From the IMG/VR virus record IMGVR_UViG_3300042934_000980, positions 156,496 through 220,495 of that record: DNA of 64,000 nt; one strand, written 5' to 3'. The number at the start of each line of letters is the position of its first letter. Positions within the stretch are counted from its first letter, which is position 1. Positions 6,599-15,353 of this stretch are shown in pieces. Position numbers and translations under genes: made by a program. The notes below the pieces were generated by a model. That model did no database searches. It saw only the letters and a program-made list of their open reading frames with translations, and was not told the DNA's origin.

Positions 6599-9568
6599 AT
6601 GGCTGACACTGAAGTAACAGAATGGGTACAAGACGTACCCCTCATCGAAGTCGGTGAGAAGGTTAAGGGCGGCGTTGACGGCGCCGCTAACAAGAGCTCC
6701 AAAGAACTGATCAAACGCACCGACTACCTGTACGCCCAACTGCAAGCACTGGTGGTGGGTGGACTGAGTGTCCTCGGTAAGCTGGACAGTGAAGCAGAAC
6801 TGGACGCCATCGACACCACCGGGTTGGTCAAAGGCACCGCGTACTTTGTCAGCGGCTCCCTGCGAGTCTGGAACGGCGAAGAATGGACGGACTCCGGCTC
6901 TTTGCTCGGTCCTCGCGGCATCAACCTGCTCGGCACCTGGCCTGACGCCCAAGAGTTGCCAGCGATCGCTTCCAACGAAGTGGGTGACGCCTACATCTGG
7001 AAAGGCGACGTCAACATCCTGATCCCGGTGGGTGAAGGTGAAACGGCTACCCGTGAGTGGGCCAGCATCGGTCTTAAAGGCCCTCAAGGTGATTCGGCCT
7101 ACGAGCTCGCCCAAGACATCGACGGCTTCCAAGGCACCAAAGCCCAGTGGCTGGCCAGCTTGGTGGGTAAAAGCAACTACCAGATCTGGTTGGACCAAGG
7201 CAACACCGGCACCGAAGCCGACTTCTTGGCCACGCTCAAGTCAACTGAACCAGGCCCACCCGGTGAGTCGGTTAAAGGCGACCCAGGTGACCCTGCCACC
7301 CCGTTTGCGATTGAAGGCACGGTAGAGTCGGCGGATCAGCTCCCTACCCCGGGTGATGCGCGCAAAGCGTACTACATCGGCAGCCACCTGTTTGTCTGGG
7401 TTGAATCCCAGAGCAACTACGTGGACTTGGGTTCGGTAGGCGGTCTCTCTGCTTACGACCTGTGGAAGGCTGAAGGCAATACAGGCACCCTCGCTGACTT
7501 CTTCGAGGCGTACCGGTCGACAGTTCCGGGTCCAAAAGGTGACAACGGTGCCAACGTCAACGTCAAGGGTACCCTGAGCACTTCGGACAGCTTGGCGGCG
7601 TTGCAAGACCCGCAGAACCAAGACGCCTACGCGATGAGCGACACAGGTAACCTGTGGATCCTTATCGATGGGACTTGGACAGACACCGGCCCATGGCGTG
7701 GTAAGAGCAACTACGATCTCTACGTCGAGAACGGCGGTCAAGCCGATCAACCCACGTGGCTTGCCAGTCTGCAAGGCCGTGATGGGGAAGACGGGACCAA
7801 CATCCAGCTCAAGGGTATCGTTCCTTCCTACGAAAACCTGCCAACCAGTCCTGCCGAACAAGACGTGTACGCCGTACGCGACCTGAACAGCATCTTTGCC
7901 TTCATCAACGGCGGCTGGGACCTGATGGGTCAGTTCAAGGGTGAAGACGGTGAAGATGGCCAGAACGGCACCTCCATCAATGTCGTCAAGATCCTGACCG
8001 CGGATGACACCGCCATTCCAGCGGCTGCTGGTAACGCCGGCAAAGCCTACGTGGACCTCGACGGTCACATCTGGCTGTCCAACAACAGCATCTGGATCGA
8101 CGTTGGTCCTGTGGGTGCTGCAGGCCCTCAGGGTCCTCAAGGTACAGGCTTTAACCTGCGTGGTAACGTGGCCACTGCCGGTCAGCTGCCTAACACCGCC
8201 CAGGTGCAAGACGGCGATGCCTACATCACCACCATCGACAAGATGCTCTACGTGCGCGTGGAAGGTCAGTGGAACGGTCCGTTTGACATCATCGGTCCTG
8301 AAGGTCGTCAAGGTGTGCCAGGTCCTCAAGGTGCTGATGGTAAGTCCATCGCCATCATGGGTTCCTACACCACCGATGCCGACTTGAAAGCCGCTCACCC
8401 CACAGGCAACTTGGGTGAAGGCTACTTGGTGGGCACTCACCTGTGGATCTGGACGACTGCCGATGGCGGTAAGTGGATCGACGTGGGTGAAGTACGTGGT
8501 CCACAAGGGTTGCCAGGGCCTGAAGGTAAAGCCAGCACCAAACCCGGCCCTAAAGGTGAGCGTGGTACGGTGTGGATCACCTTGCCGGCCGGTCAAGATG
8601 AGCCTTCGCAAGGCTTTGCCGGTAACGTGGGTGACTGGGCGGTCTCGGACACCTTCAAGGTGTACTACCGCAGCGTCAACGGCTGGGTGTACTGGGGTCA
8701 ACTGGTAGCGGGTGATGTAAACTCGCCGCTGGAAAGCTTTGGCAAGGCTGTGCGTCTGGGTAACCAGTGGGTGGTGTTGCCGATCGATGAAGTGGAAGCA
8801 CCTCAAGACGGCAAGTTCTACGTTCGTCGTCTCAAAGCAGGCAGCAACCCTTTGGCTACGGAATGGGTCGCACTTAAGGAAGTGCCTGAAGAACTCACCG
8901 CCAAAGACGGTAAGCTCTACGGTCGGTTCTGGGATGCCGCCACCACCAAGTTCCTGTGGAAAGAAGTGGCTATCCCTTCCGGCATCGCCGATCTGGTCAC
9001 CAAAGACGGCAAGCAGTACGCCCGGGTGTTTGAATCGGGTGCGACCACGCCGATCTGGAAAGAGATCGTCACCATCGCCGACATCACGGCCAAGGACGGG
9101 AAGTACTACGCCCGCTTCTTTGCAGCCGACGGCACCGCCCCGATCTGGAAAGAAGTCCCTGTAGGGATCTCCGACCTGACCACTAAGGACGGTAAGCAGT
9201 ACGTTCGGGTCTATGAGGTGGCAGGTGCTGCACCGATCTGGAAAGAGTTTGTGCTGCCTACCATGGACAAGTACACACTCAAGATGTTGGCGGCCACCAC
9301 CATCCTCGACCTGAGCCAGGCACAGGTGTTCAGCATTGCCAATAGCTCGGCCCGCACGCTTGCGTTCATGGCCCAAACCCAACCGGCTGCTGACCGCTCG
9401 ATGACCGTGGTATTGATCATCAACGGTGCAGGTGTGATCACCTGGCCTGCCAACGTGGTCTGGACCGGCAGTACTCAACCGATCTTGGGGGCAACCACCA
9501 CCGTGGTGACCCTGTTGTGGGACGGCATTGGCGGTCGTTGGATCGGTAGCGTAGGCGCCAGCATCTAA
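6599..9568 (+). CDS. long tail fibre with collagen-like triplets and modular repeats
   Basis: 989 aa; GPQG/GPKG triplets, repeated LP..GDAY..LWVW..W.D.G and SAYELW..G..GT...WLASL modules, five DGKxYxR..W repeats. Confidence 0.85.
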   Translation: MADTEVTEWVQDVPLIEVGEKVKGGVDGAANKSSKELIKRTDYLYAQLQALVVGGLSVLGKLDSEAELDAIDTTGLVKGTAYFVSGSLRVWNGEEWTDSGSLLGPRGINLLGTWPDAQELPAIASNEVGDAYIWKGDVNILIPVGEGETATREWASIGLKGPQGDSAYELAQDIDGFQGTKAQWLASLVGKSNYQIWLDQGNTGTEADFLATLKSTEPGPPGESVKGDPGDPATPFAIEGTVESADQLPTPGDARKAYYIGSHLFVWVESQSNYVDLGSVGGLSAYDLWKAEGNTGTLADFFEAYRSTVPGPKGDNGANVNVKGTLSTSDSLAALQDPQNQDAYAMSDTGNLWILIDGTWTDTGPWRGKSNYDLYVENGGQADQPTWLASLQGRDGEDGTNIQLKGIVPSYENLPTSPAEQDVYAVRDLNSIFAFINGGWDLMGQFKGEDGEDGQNGTSINVVKILTADDTAIPAAAGNAGKAYVDLDGHIWLSNNSIWIDVGPVGAAGPQGPQGTGFNLRGNVATAGQLPNTAQVQDGDAYITTIDKMLYVRVEGQWNGPFDIIGPEGRQGVPGPQGADGKSIAIMGSYTTDADLKAAHPTGNLGEGYLVGTHLWIWTTADGGKWIDVGEVRGPQGLPGPEGKASTKPGPKGERGTVWITLPAGQDEPSQGFAGNVGDWAVSDTFKVYYRSVNGWVYWGQLVAGDVNSPLESFGKAVRLGNQWVVLPIDEVEAPQDGKFYVRRLKAGSNPLATEWVALKEVPEELTAKDGKLYGRFWDAATTKFLWKEVAIPSGIADLVTKDGKQYARVFESGATTPIWKEIVTIADITAKDGKYYARFFAADGTAPIWKEVPVGISDLTTKDGKQYVRVYEVAGAAPIWKEFVLPTMDKYTLKMLAATTILDLSQAQVFSIANSSARTLAFMAQTQPAADRSMTVVLIINGAGVITWPANVVWTGSTQPILGATTTVVTLLWDGIGGRWIGSVGASI

Positions 9569-9629
9569 GTGACCGTGCGGTAAGGTTAACGCAACTTACC
9601 GCATCACCCTTTACATTGAGGTAAGTAAC

Positions 9630-10697
9630 ATGGCTGACGAAAACGTTGTGGATAACGACGAATTGGGTGAAGAGCCGTCCAAAGAAGAACTGGACGCCGC
9701 CCCTGATGCAAACGCTGAACCCGAGGCAGATAACACCGCCGCTGAAGAAGGCACGGATGAAACGGTTGAAGGTGACGTTGAGCCTGAAGCTGAATACTCC
9801 AACGCCGTGGCAGCTGAAGCTCCGGTTGCCAGCGCGGAACTGGGTGAAGGGGAATACCCTGACCACCAAGTCCCTGCGCCGGTATCGGACAGTCCTACCC
9901 AGGAAACCACCAACGAACCCCTGCCTGACGATCACGTAGACCAAGTGGCAACCACCACTGCGGTGACGGAAGAAGAAAGCGAGGAAGCGCCTGAACCTGA
10001 GGTGCCTCAGGAACGTGTGAACGCCTCAACCTTGCTGATCGAGCTGGAATCGGGCGGGTATCCGGTGACCCTAGGTGCGATCTTCTCCAAGTACTCGGAC
10101 CGTTCGTTCCCGCAGTCCCCGTTGTTGCATGATCTTGAAGCCTTGGGTTACGCCAAGGTAGAACCCACCCCTCGCCCTGAAGGCGCCGTCGTAACTGAAG
10201 GTAAGCCGGTGGAAGAGGACGGTGTGTGGAAACGGGTCTGGGTAGCACGGGACTGGAACGACGAAGAAAAGGCCACGCAGCTGGCGGCCCAGAAGGAGCA
10301 AGCGAACCAAAAGATTCTGCAGGTTCGCAATGACGACTTCGAGATGGGCTTGGAGTTCTCCTTCCAGGACACTTCGTTCCACGCCCAGTTGCGTGACGGC
10401 GACCGCATCAACCTGATGTTTCTCAATGACCAAGCCAAAGAACGTCTGGCCGCCGGCAGTGACGAAACCGAACCGTTCCGCAGCTACGAGAATATCAGCT
10501 ACGAACTGCCTCCACAGGAGTTGCTGGATCTCACGTACGCAGCGTTGGCAGCCTACAAGGCCATCCTGCGCAACAGCTGGGCCATCAAGGACCAAGTCGA
10601 CAGAGCCACCACAGTAGCCGAGTTGCCGGAAATCCCGGGTACGTTCCTGCCTTCAAGCAGTGCCCTGAAATTGGGCGCAAGCGAAGCAACTGAGTAA
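9630..10697 (+). CDS. tail-fibre assembly/chaperone-like protein (DUF4376-like C-terminus) with long acidic N-terminal extension
   Basis: directly after the fibre; VWKRVWVARD and FHAQLRDGDRINL motifs typical of fibre-associated proteins; first ~135 aa E/D/A/P-rich. Confidence 0.65.
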   Translation: MADENVVDNDELGEEPSKEELDAAPDANAEPEADNTAAEEGTDETVEGDVEPEAEYSNAVAAEAPVASAELGEGEYPDHQVPAPVSDSPTQETTNEPLPDDHVDQVATTTAVTEEESEEAPEPEVPQERVNASTLLIELESGGYPVTLGAIFSKYSDRSFPQSPLLHDLEALGYAKVEPTPRPEGAVVTEGKPVEEDGVWKRVWVARDWNDEEKATQLAAQKEQANQKILQVRNDDFEMGLEFSFQDTSFHAQLRDGDRINLMFLNDQAKERLAAGSDETEPFRSYENISYELPPQELLDLTYAALAAYKAILRNSWAIKDQVDRATTVAELPEIPGTFLPSSSALKLGASEATE

Positions 10698-10757
10698 CAC
10701 GCACGTAGGTGGCCTCCTCAGCTGAGGAGGTCGCTTACTCTTCAAAGGAATTAACCC

Positions 10758-11489
10758 ATGCTAGAAGCAATGCTGTTAGGTGCAAGACCTACCGTCATGC
10801 CAGCACCCATCTTTCTGTTTGATATGGCGACCCAAAAAGCCAGTGGTCCGAATGGGAATATCCCGGTCACCACCACTGTTGCCGGTGGGAGCGTTGTGGA
10901 CAACGCATACCTCATTAACGACAAACCGTCCATGAGCCTGCCTGCCGCCACCAGCAACTTGGTTATTAACATAACCACGCCACTGGATCTGACAAACGGA
11001 CCGCTGCCGAATGAATTCACCTTGGAATGGTCGTTCATTCACCACAGTGGGTTGGCGGCTGCACAGTATTACGGTAGCACGTACTTTCAAAACGGTGCCG
11101 GTAACCCGGGCGCAGCGATCTATTACGGTGATACCCCGTTCAACAACTCGTTGCTCTATTCGACAACACCGGGCACTGCATCCTCAACGTGCTGGGTGCT
11201 TACCGGGGCAACCAAAACGGCTCAGCTGGCACTTCTGATCCAAGCGGCCATCGTGGTAAGGGGAGGCTTGGTGTACTTCTACCGAAACGGCACCTTGCTG
11301 CGCGTTCAACGATACGGTGAGTGGATCGAGCAGGACGCCAGTGCCAACCAAGGTACTTGGAATGCTCTGAGTCGTATCACCTTGGGGTGGTTTAACTCTA
11401 CCTTGAAGAACGCCCCGAGTCACTACGGTAACATTCGTATTTCCAACTACGCCCGCTATACCCAGAACTACGTCCCCACACCGTTCTAA
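10758..11489 (+). CDS. LamG/concanavalin-A-like virion protein
   Basis: EFTLEW, AAIVVRGGLVYFYRNG and NIRISNYARYTQNYVP match the LamG-type pattern of phage structural proteins. Confidence 0.7.
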   Translation: MLEAMLLGARPTVMPAPIFLFDMATQKASGPNGNIPVTTTVAGGSVVDNAYLINDKPSMSLPAATSNLVINITTPLDLTNGPLPNEFTLEWSFIHHSGLAAAQYYGSTYFQNGAGNPGAAIYYGDTPFNNSLLYSTTPGTASSTCWVLTGATKTAQLALLIQAAIVVRGGLVYFYRNGTLLRVQRYGEWIEQDASANQGTWNALSRITLGWFNSTLKNAPSHYGNIRISNYARYTQNYVPTPF

Positions 11490-11542
11490 GGGATAAGAGT
11501 AATTAACGGGTCACATTCCACCCCTGAGCAGCAGGACAAACC

Positions 11543-12001
11543 ATGAGTGATTTTACTCGATTCAGTGCCATTGAGCGATTGGGGTACGACGTTGAATCCA
11601 GCCGTAAGTACGGTAAGGATATCTGGAGCGTAGCGCCTGGGTATCGTTACTACATCGGATTCAAAGGGTCTACACGTTACGTTGACGTGGAAGACGGCTT
11701 TCTGACTGACGGGGCTACTATCCCGCGTTTCCTGTGGTGGTTGTTGCCACCGTTGGGCGAATACAGTCAAGCAACCAGCTTGCACGATAAACTGTGCCGG
11801 TCGTATTACATCTTGGAACTCATCAACGGCGTTGAGACCCAAGTCCCTGTCACTCGTGCTGAGATCGACGCGATCCTCAAAGAAGCCCTGGAAGTGTTGG
11901 AGGTCAAGAAATGGAAAGAGACCTGTATCATGGCTGGGGTGAATGCGTACCGACTCTTTACCAACCCCACGGAGGCCCGAGGACTGGCTGACAGTTTATA
12001 A
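11543..12001 (+). CDS. DUF1353 family protein
   Basis: GFLTDGATIPRFLWWLLPPLGEYSQATSLHD signature. Confidence 0.85.
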   Translation: MSDFTRFSAIERLGYDVESSRKYGKDIWSVAPGYRYYIGFKGSTRYVDVEDGFLTDGATIPRFLWWLLPPLGEYSQATSLHDKLCRSYYILELINGVETQVPVTRAEIDAILKEALEVLEVKKWKETCIMAGVNAYRLFTNPTEARGLADSL

Positions 12002-12039
12002 TCGGGTCGCCATCCACCCTAACCCGCAAAGGTTAAGAC

Positions 12040-12501
12040 ATGGCTGATATCAAAGAGAAACCCGACGCGTTCCCATCCGTGCCGTTGATTCAACCTGGAT
12101 GGAAGATCAAAGGCGGTGCGGAGGATGCCGCTGCCAACCTTCAAGCGGTCGCGCTGACCCAGCGTACCGCCCACCTTAAGAAGCAGCAAGATGAAATCAA
12201 AAAGTTGCTACTGGGTGGGATAAAAATTATTGGTCGTCTGGTGAATGAAGATGCACTGGACACCATCGACACCTCCAAGCTTTCCATGGGAGACGGCTAC
12301 TTTGTAGACGGTGCAATATTCCTGTGGAACGGCAAAGAGTGGGTCAGTTCGGGCTCGCTTAAAGCGGACCCGGTTGATCTGGCTGAAGGGGTCAGCACTG
12401 ACCCTGGCAACATCCTCCGTTTAGGAGAAGATGGTAAGTTGTACGTGTCCTTTGACACTACACGGGATCTTCTTTCGATTTACAATGCCGCTAAGGAGTA
12501 A
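12040..12501 (+). CDS. short fibre adaptor, N-terminus paralogous to tail fibre 6599..9568
   Basis: VPLI..G.K.KGG...AAN....L..RT..L...G...YFV.G....WNG.EW..SGSL shared with the fibre; ends DLLSIYNAAKE. Confidence 0.75.
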   Translation: MADIKEKPDAFPSVPLIQPGWKIKGGAEDAAANLQAVALTQRTAHLKKQQDEIKKLLLGGIKIIGRLVNEDALDTIDTSKLSMGDGYFVDGAIFLWNGKEWVSSGSLKADPVDLAEGVSTDPGNILRLGEDGKLYVSFDTTRDLLSIYNAAKE

Positions 12502-12506
12502 GACGT

Positions 12507-13019
12507 ATGTCACTTGCACTTCAACTGGAAGACTTGGCCGAACAGCTGGGTAAAGATTACAAAACCCTGGTGGGGTCTCAAGGTGATCTGAGCACCCTGC
12601 CCACCGAAGCCAAAGACAACGTGGTCAATGCGATCGCCGAAATCTACAGCCTGCTGGCCGATGCCGGTATCCACATTGACGACACCGCAGGTGCCGGTCA
12701 AACAAACGTGGTGCTGTCCGCTGACAAAGTGGTGGCGCTGCTGGAAGAAGCCAAGAAGGCTGTCAAAGATGACTTGCTCTCAGGCGCAAGCGAAGCTTAT
12801 GACACCTTCAAAGAGCTGCAAGACCGCTTTGAAGCTGACGAAGAAGGCGCAGCTGCCGTCACAGCTGCCTTGGGTAAGCGTGTGCGGTTTGACGCTCCCC
12901 AAACGTTGACTGCTGAAGAGCAGACCACCGCTCGTAACAACATCGGTGCGGTAGCCGCCGCTGACATCGGCGACACCGAAGTTGACTTGGTAGCCATCTA
13001 CAACGCCGCCAAGGCTTAA
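12507..13019 (+). CDS. putative fibre/decoration subunit
   Basis: L..LPT.AKDNVVNAIAEI and Q.LTAEEQTTARNNIGA motifs; ends DLVAIYNAAKA. Confidence 0.75.
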   Translation: MSLALQLEDLAEQLGKDYKTLVGSQGDLSTLPTEAKDNVVNAIAEIYSLLADAGIHIDDTAGAGQTNVVLSADKVVALLEEAKKAVKDDLLSGASEAYDTFKELQDRFEADEEGAAAVTAALGKRVRFDAPQTLTAEEQTTARNNIGAVAAADIGDTEVDLVAIYNAAKA

Positions 13020-13077
13020 GCGCTAGGAGCAAGGGCCGTGTGCGGTTTGGCACGGCCTCTTTTAAAAGGAGTAGTGT

Positions 13078-14154
13078 ATGGACCTTGTGGCGAGGGTTGT
13101 TGCGTTTGTTAAAACTGCCGCCGCGGATTTTAAATCGTTGTCTTCAGCGGTTTCATCCAAGGTAGATAAAGTCGAGGGCAAAGGACTCTCTACGGAGGAT
13201 TACACCACCACCGATAAAGGCAAGGTTGCCTCGTTAGGCGACTTGGGTGGTCAGAACTTGTTTTACAACTCAGCCATGCGGTTGAGTACCATCCCAGGCT
13301 TGGCAGACGGCTGGAAGATTGACGTACCCGGAAGCCCCGGTGCCTCAACAGTAACCTTCTCTCTGGTTCCGTCTCCTATGAACTTGGGAGAGAATGCACA
13401 GCGGCTGACTGTCGCGGGGTTGAACACCAGCACCTTGTACCGCTCGTTGATCAATGACCCTTCCTACCAACCCCCTAGGGTGTGCGAGGGGATGAACATC
13501 ACCGTCTCCACGCATGTGAAAGGCACGGCTGGACTGGGTCTTCGGATCTACGTGCAGGCCCTCAGTGCAGCAGGAGCGGTCTTGGGTACGGTTAACAGTG
13601 CGTTGTCGGCATTGGACGGTACGGTGCAACGGTTTTCCAAGTCGTACAACAACCTGCCGGTGGGTACAACGCGCATTCAGGTGGTGTATCGGATTTATGG
13701 CGGGACGACGGTCACAGCGGGGGTGGTGGACTTTACCCGTCCTCAGTTGCAGATTGGGTTGCTCTCTAGCTGGACTGAGGACACCCTCAGCCACATGACC
13801 GGTTGGATCACGTTGCCCTTGCTCAGCGGGTTCAGTGCGGTAGCCAGCCATCCCCCTCAGTACCGCATCGTCAATGATGAAGTGAAGCTTCGTGGTAAAG
13901 TGACCATGGGGGCTAAAGTGCTGTCTGGCGGTTCTTACCCGTTCGCCACGTTACCTGCTGGGTATCGCCCTGCGGGGATGACCACCGACAGTGAAGTGAT
14001 GATGGTCCCTGTGGTGTGCTCCTCCAGCGTCGGTACAGCGTGTCACTGTTCGGTTACCCGCACGGGGACTTGTTCCATTGTGCTGGGTGGTTCGTTGTCT
14101 TTGGCCTCTTCCACCTACGACCTGTCCAACGTTAGCTTCTCAACGACGGCATAA
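13078..14154 (+). CDS. putative receptor-binding fibre-tip protein
   Basis: KVDKVEGKGLSTEDYTT fibre motif, central carbohydrate-binding-like domain, C-terminal PQYRIVNDEVKLRG..FATLPAGYRP tip domain. Confidence 0.7.
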   Translation: MDLVARVVAFVKTAAADFKSLSSAVSSKVDKVEGKGLSTEDYTTTDKGKVASLGDLGGQNLFYNSAMRLSTIPGLADGWKIDVPGSPGASTVTFSLVPSPMNLGENAQRLTVAGLNTSTLYRSLINDPSYQPPRVCEGMNITVSTHVKGTAGLGLRIYVQALSAAGAVLGTVNSALSALDGTVQRFSKSYNNLPVGTTRIQVVYRIYGGTTVTAGVVDFTRPQLQIGLLSSWTEDTLSHMTGWITLPLLSGFSAVASHPPQYRIVNDEVKLRGKVTMGAKVLSGGSYPFATLPAGYRPAGMTTDSEVMMVPVVCSSSVGTACHCSVTRTGTCSIVLGGSLSLASSTYDLSNVSFSTTA

Positions 14155-14175
14155 CGAAAAAATAAATAGACGTGA

Positions 14176-14214
14176 ATAACCCTACCCAACCCATTACGGG
14201 TTGGGTAGGGTTAT
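14176..14214. terminator. bidirectional terminator
   Basis: perfect 17-bp stem ATAACCCTACCCAACCC/GGGTTGGGTAGGGTTAT between convergent genes. Confidence 0.85.
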
Positions 14215-14222
14215 AACTGGTG

Positions 14223-14432
14223 TTATTCCATTTCTTCCAGTTTCTCTTCCAATTCTTCAAGCAGCTCTTGGAGAGTTTCAGCTTCAACGCCTTCATCAAC
14301 CTCATCACCAAACCAACCCACCCAAATCCCGTTTTGGACGTCGTAGTTCAGTGTGAGGTCAAGTTGGTCGATGTCGCACAGGTCTTGGAGTCGCGAGATC
14401 CGCTCTTCCAAGGTAACGTCGATAACTGGCAT
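14223..14432 (-). CDS. small, very acidic protein
   Basis: 69 aa, 22 D/E vs 3 K/R. Confidence 0.7.
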   Translation of the reverse strand: MPVIDVTLEERISRLQDLCDIDQLDLTLNYDVQNGIWVGWFGDEVDEGVEAETLQELLEELEEKLEEME

Positions 14433-14455
14433 GGTACAGCCCTCGCGATCAGTGA

Positions 14456-15328
14456 TTAACGCGAAGGGGTCAGTTGCACGACGTCTTCAGACACCGTAGT
14501 ACCCGCCAACTCGTCCACCGTGGTGCCGGCCAGGGCTTTCTCAAGCAGCGAGATTTGCTGGGCGCGTTCACGGAAGTTCATGTCAGCAGGGCTGCGCGGG
14601 GTGGCGCGGCGGTCACGGCGTTCGTTGCGTTCGATCACACGCAGCGTCTTGTTGATCTGCGCTTTGGGGTACACGTTCAGGTCATACCCGTACACGTAAC
14701 CACCAACACTGATCATGGCGTCTTGAGGCGCGTCAGGATCGAAGTAAATCCGGCAGGGCATGTCTTCACCCTCAGCGCTGCGAATCGTCGTGACGAGTTC
14801 TACAGGGTCTGGGAAGACTGCTTGCATGATCTTCTCGAAGAAGCTTGTGATGATCATGGCCGTCTTGATGTAGATCCGAGGACCTTTGATCAAGTTGTTG
14901 TACAACAGTTCCAACACCGCTTCACGCATGTTGGTCGAAGCTTCGGGGACGTAAAACGCGAAAGATACATTGCCCCGGACCACGACGTAGTGCGTACGCT
15001 GTGTGCAACCGATGGCGACAAAGCGGAAGTTACCGTTGTCGCCGACGATCATGTTGTACGAAATGATCGGGCCTTCCAGAAACACTTTAACCGCAGGACC
15101 AGGTCCCTCGGGGTTCAGCTTGGGCTTACCGGTGTGGGAAAGAACTTCCAGCACACGTTCCTGGGTTGAATCGATAAACGCCTGATCCAACCCCAAGTCG
15201 GTGATCAATACACCGCCGTTCCCTTCTTCAACGCGGTTGCTGGCTTCCAGCACCACTCTTAACGGACTTTGTGAAAACTTGGGAAGACGATCGTTAAGCT
15301 CGTTGAGATTACTCGACACTGAACTCAT
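14456..15328 (-). CDS. hypothetical protein
   Basis: 290 aa, GGAG SD upstream. Confidence 0.8.
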   Translation of the reverse strand: MSSVSSNLNELNDRLPKFSQSPLRVVLEASNRVEEGNGGVLITDLGLDQAFIDSTQERVLEVLSHTGKPKLNPEGPGPAVKVFLEGPIISYNMIVGDNGNFRFVAIGCTQRTHYVVVRGNVSFAFYVPEASTNMREAVLELLYNNLIKGPRIYIKTAMIITSFFEKIMQAVFPDPVELVTTIRSAEGEDMPCRIYFDPDAPQDAMISVGGYVYGYDLNVYPKAQINKTLRVIERNERRDRRATPRSPADMNFRERAQQISLLEKALAGTTVDELAGTTVSEDVVQLTPSR

Positions 15329-15353
15329 AAATACTCCTTGTTGTACTGCTGGT

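Noticed and set aside
8790-9270. Periodic DNA repeats as a CRISPR array or DGR template/variable repeat
   Set aside because: The repeats are in-frame protein repeats with synonymous divergence; no cas or reverse transcriptase gene and no adenine-specific mismatch pattern seen
7241-9478. 745-aa minus-strand ORF opposite the tail fibre; likewise long antisense ORFs at 22855..23874, 38088..39275, 47007..48395 and 3119..3916
   Set aside because: They are in-register antisense shadows of well-supported genes, produced by codon bias, and have no motifs or SD
5946-14154. Plus-strand fibre block as a possible invertible or mobile cassette
   Set aside because: No inverted repeats at its ends and no recombinase in the window; opposite-strand late blocks are normal in phiKZ-like genomes
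14176-14214. CTAC/GTAG-containing palindromes as REP/REPIN elements
   Set aside because: GTAG orientation is mostly opposite to REPINs, they sit at gene ends as terminators do, and there is no RAYT transposase here
14500-14545. Short peptide duplications LAGTTV x2 (14456 gene) and TPGEQ x2 (15354 gene)
   Set aside because: Single small slippage-type duplications in likely flexible regions with no evidence of function
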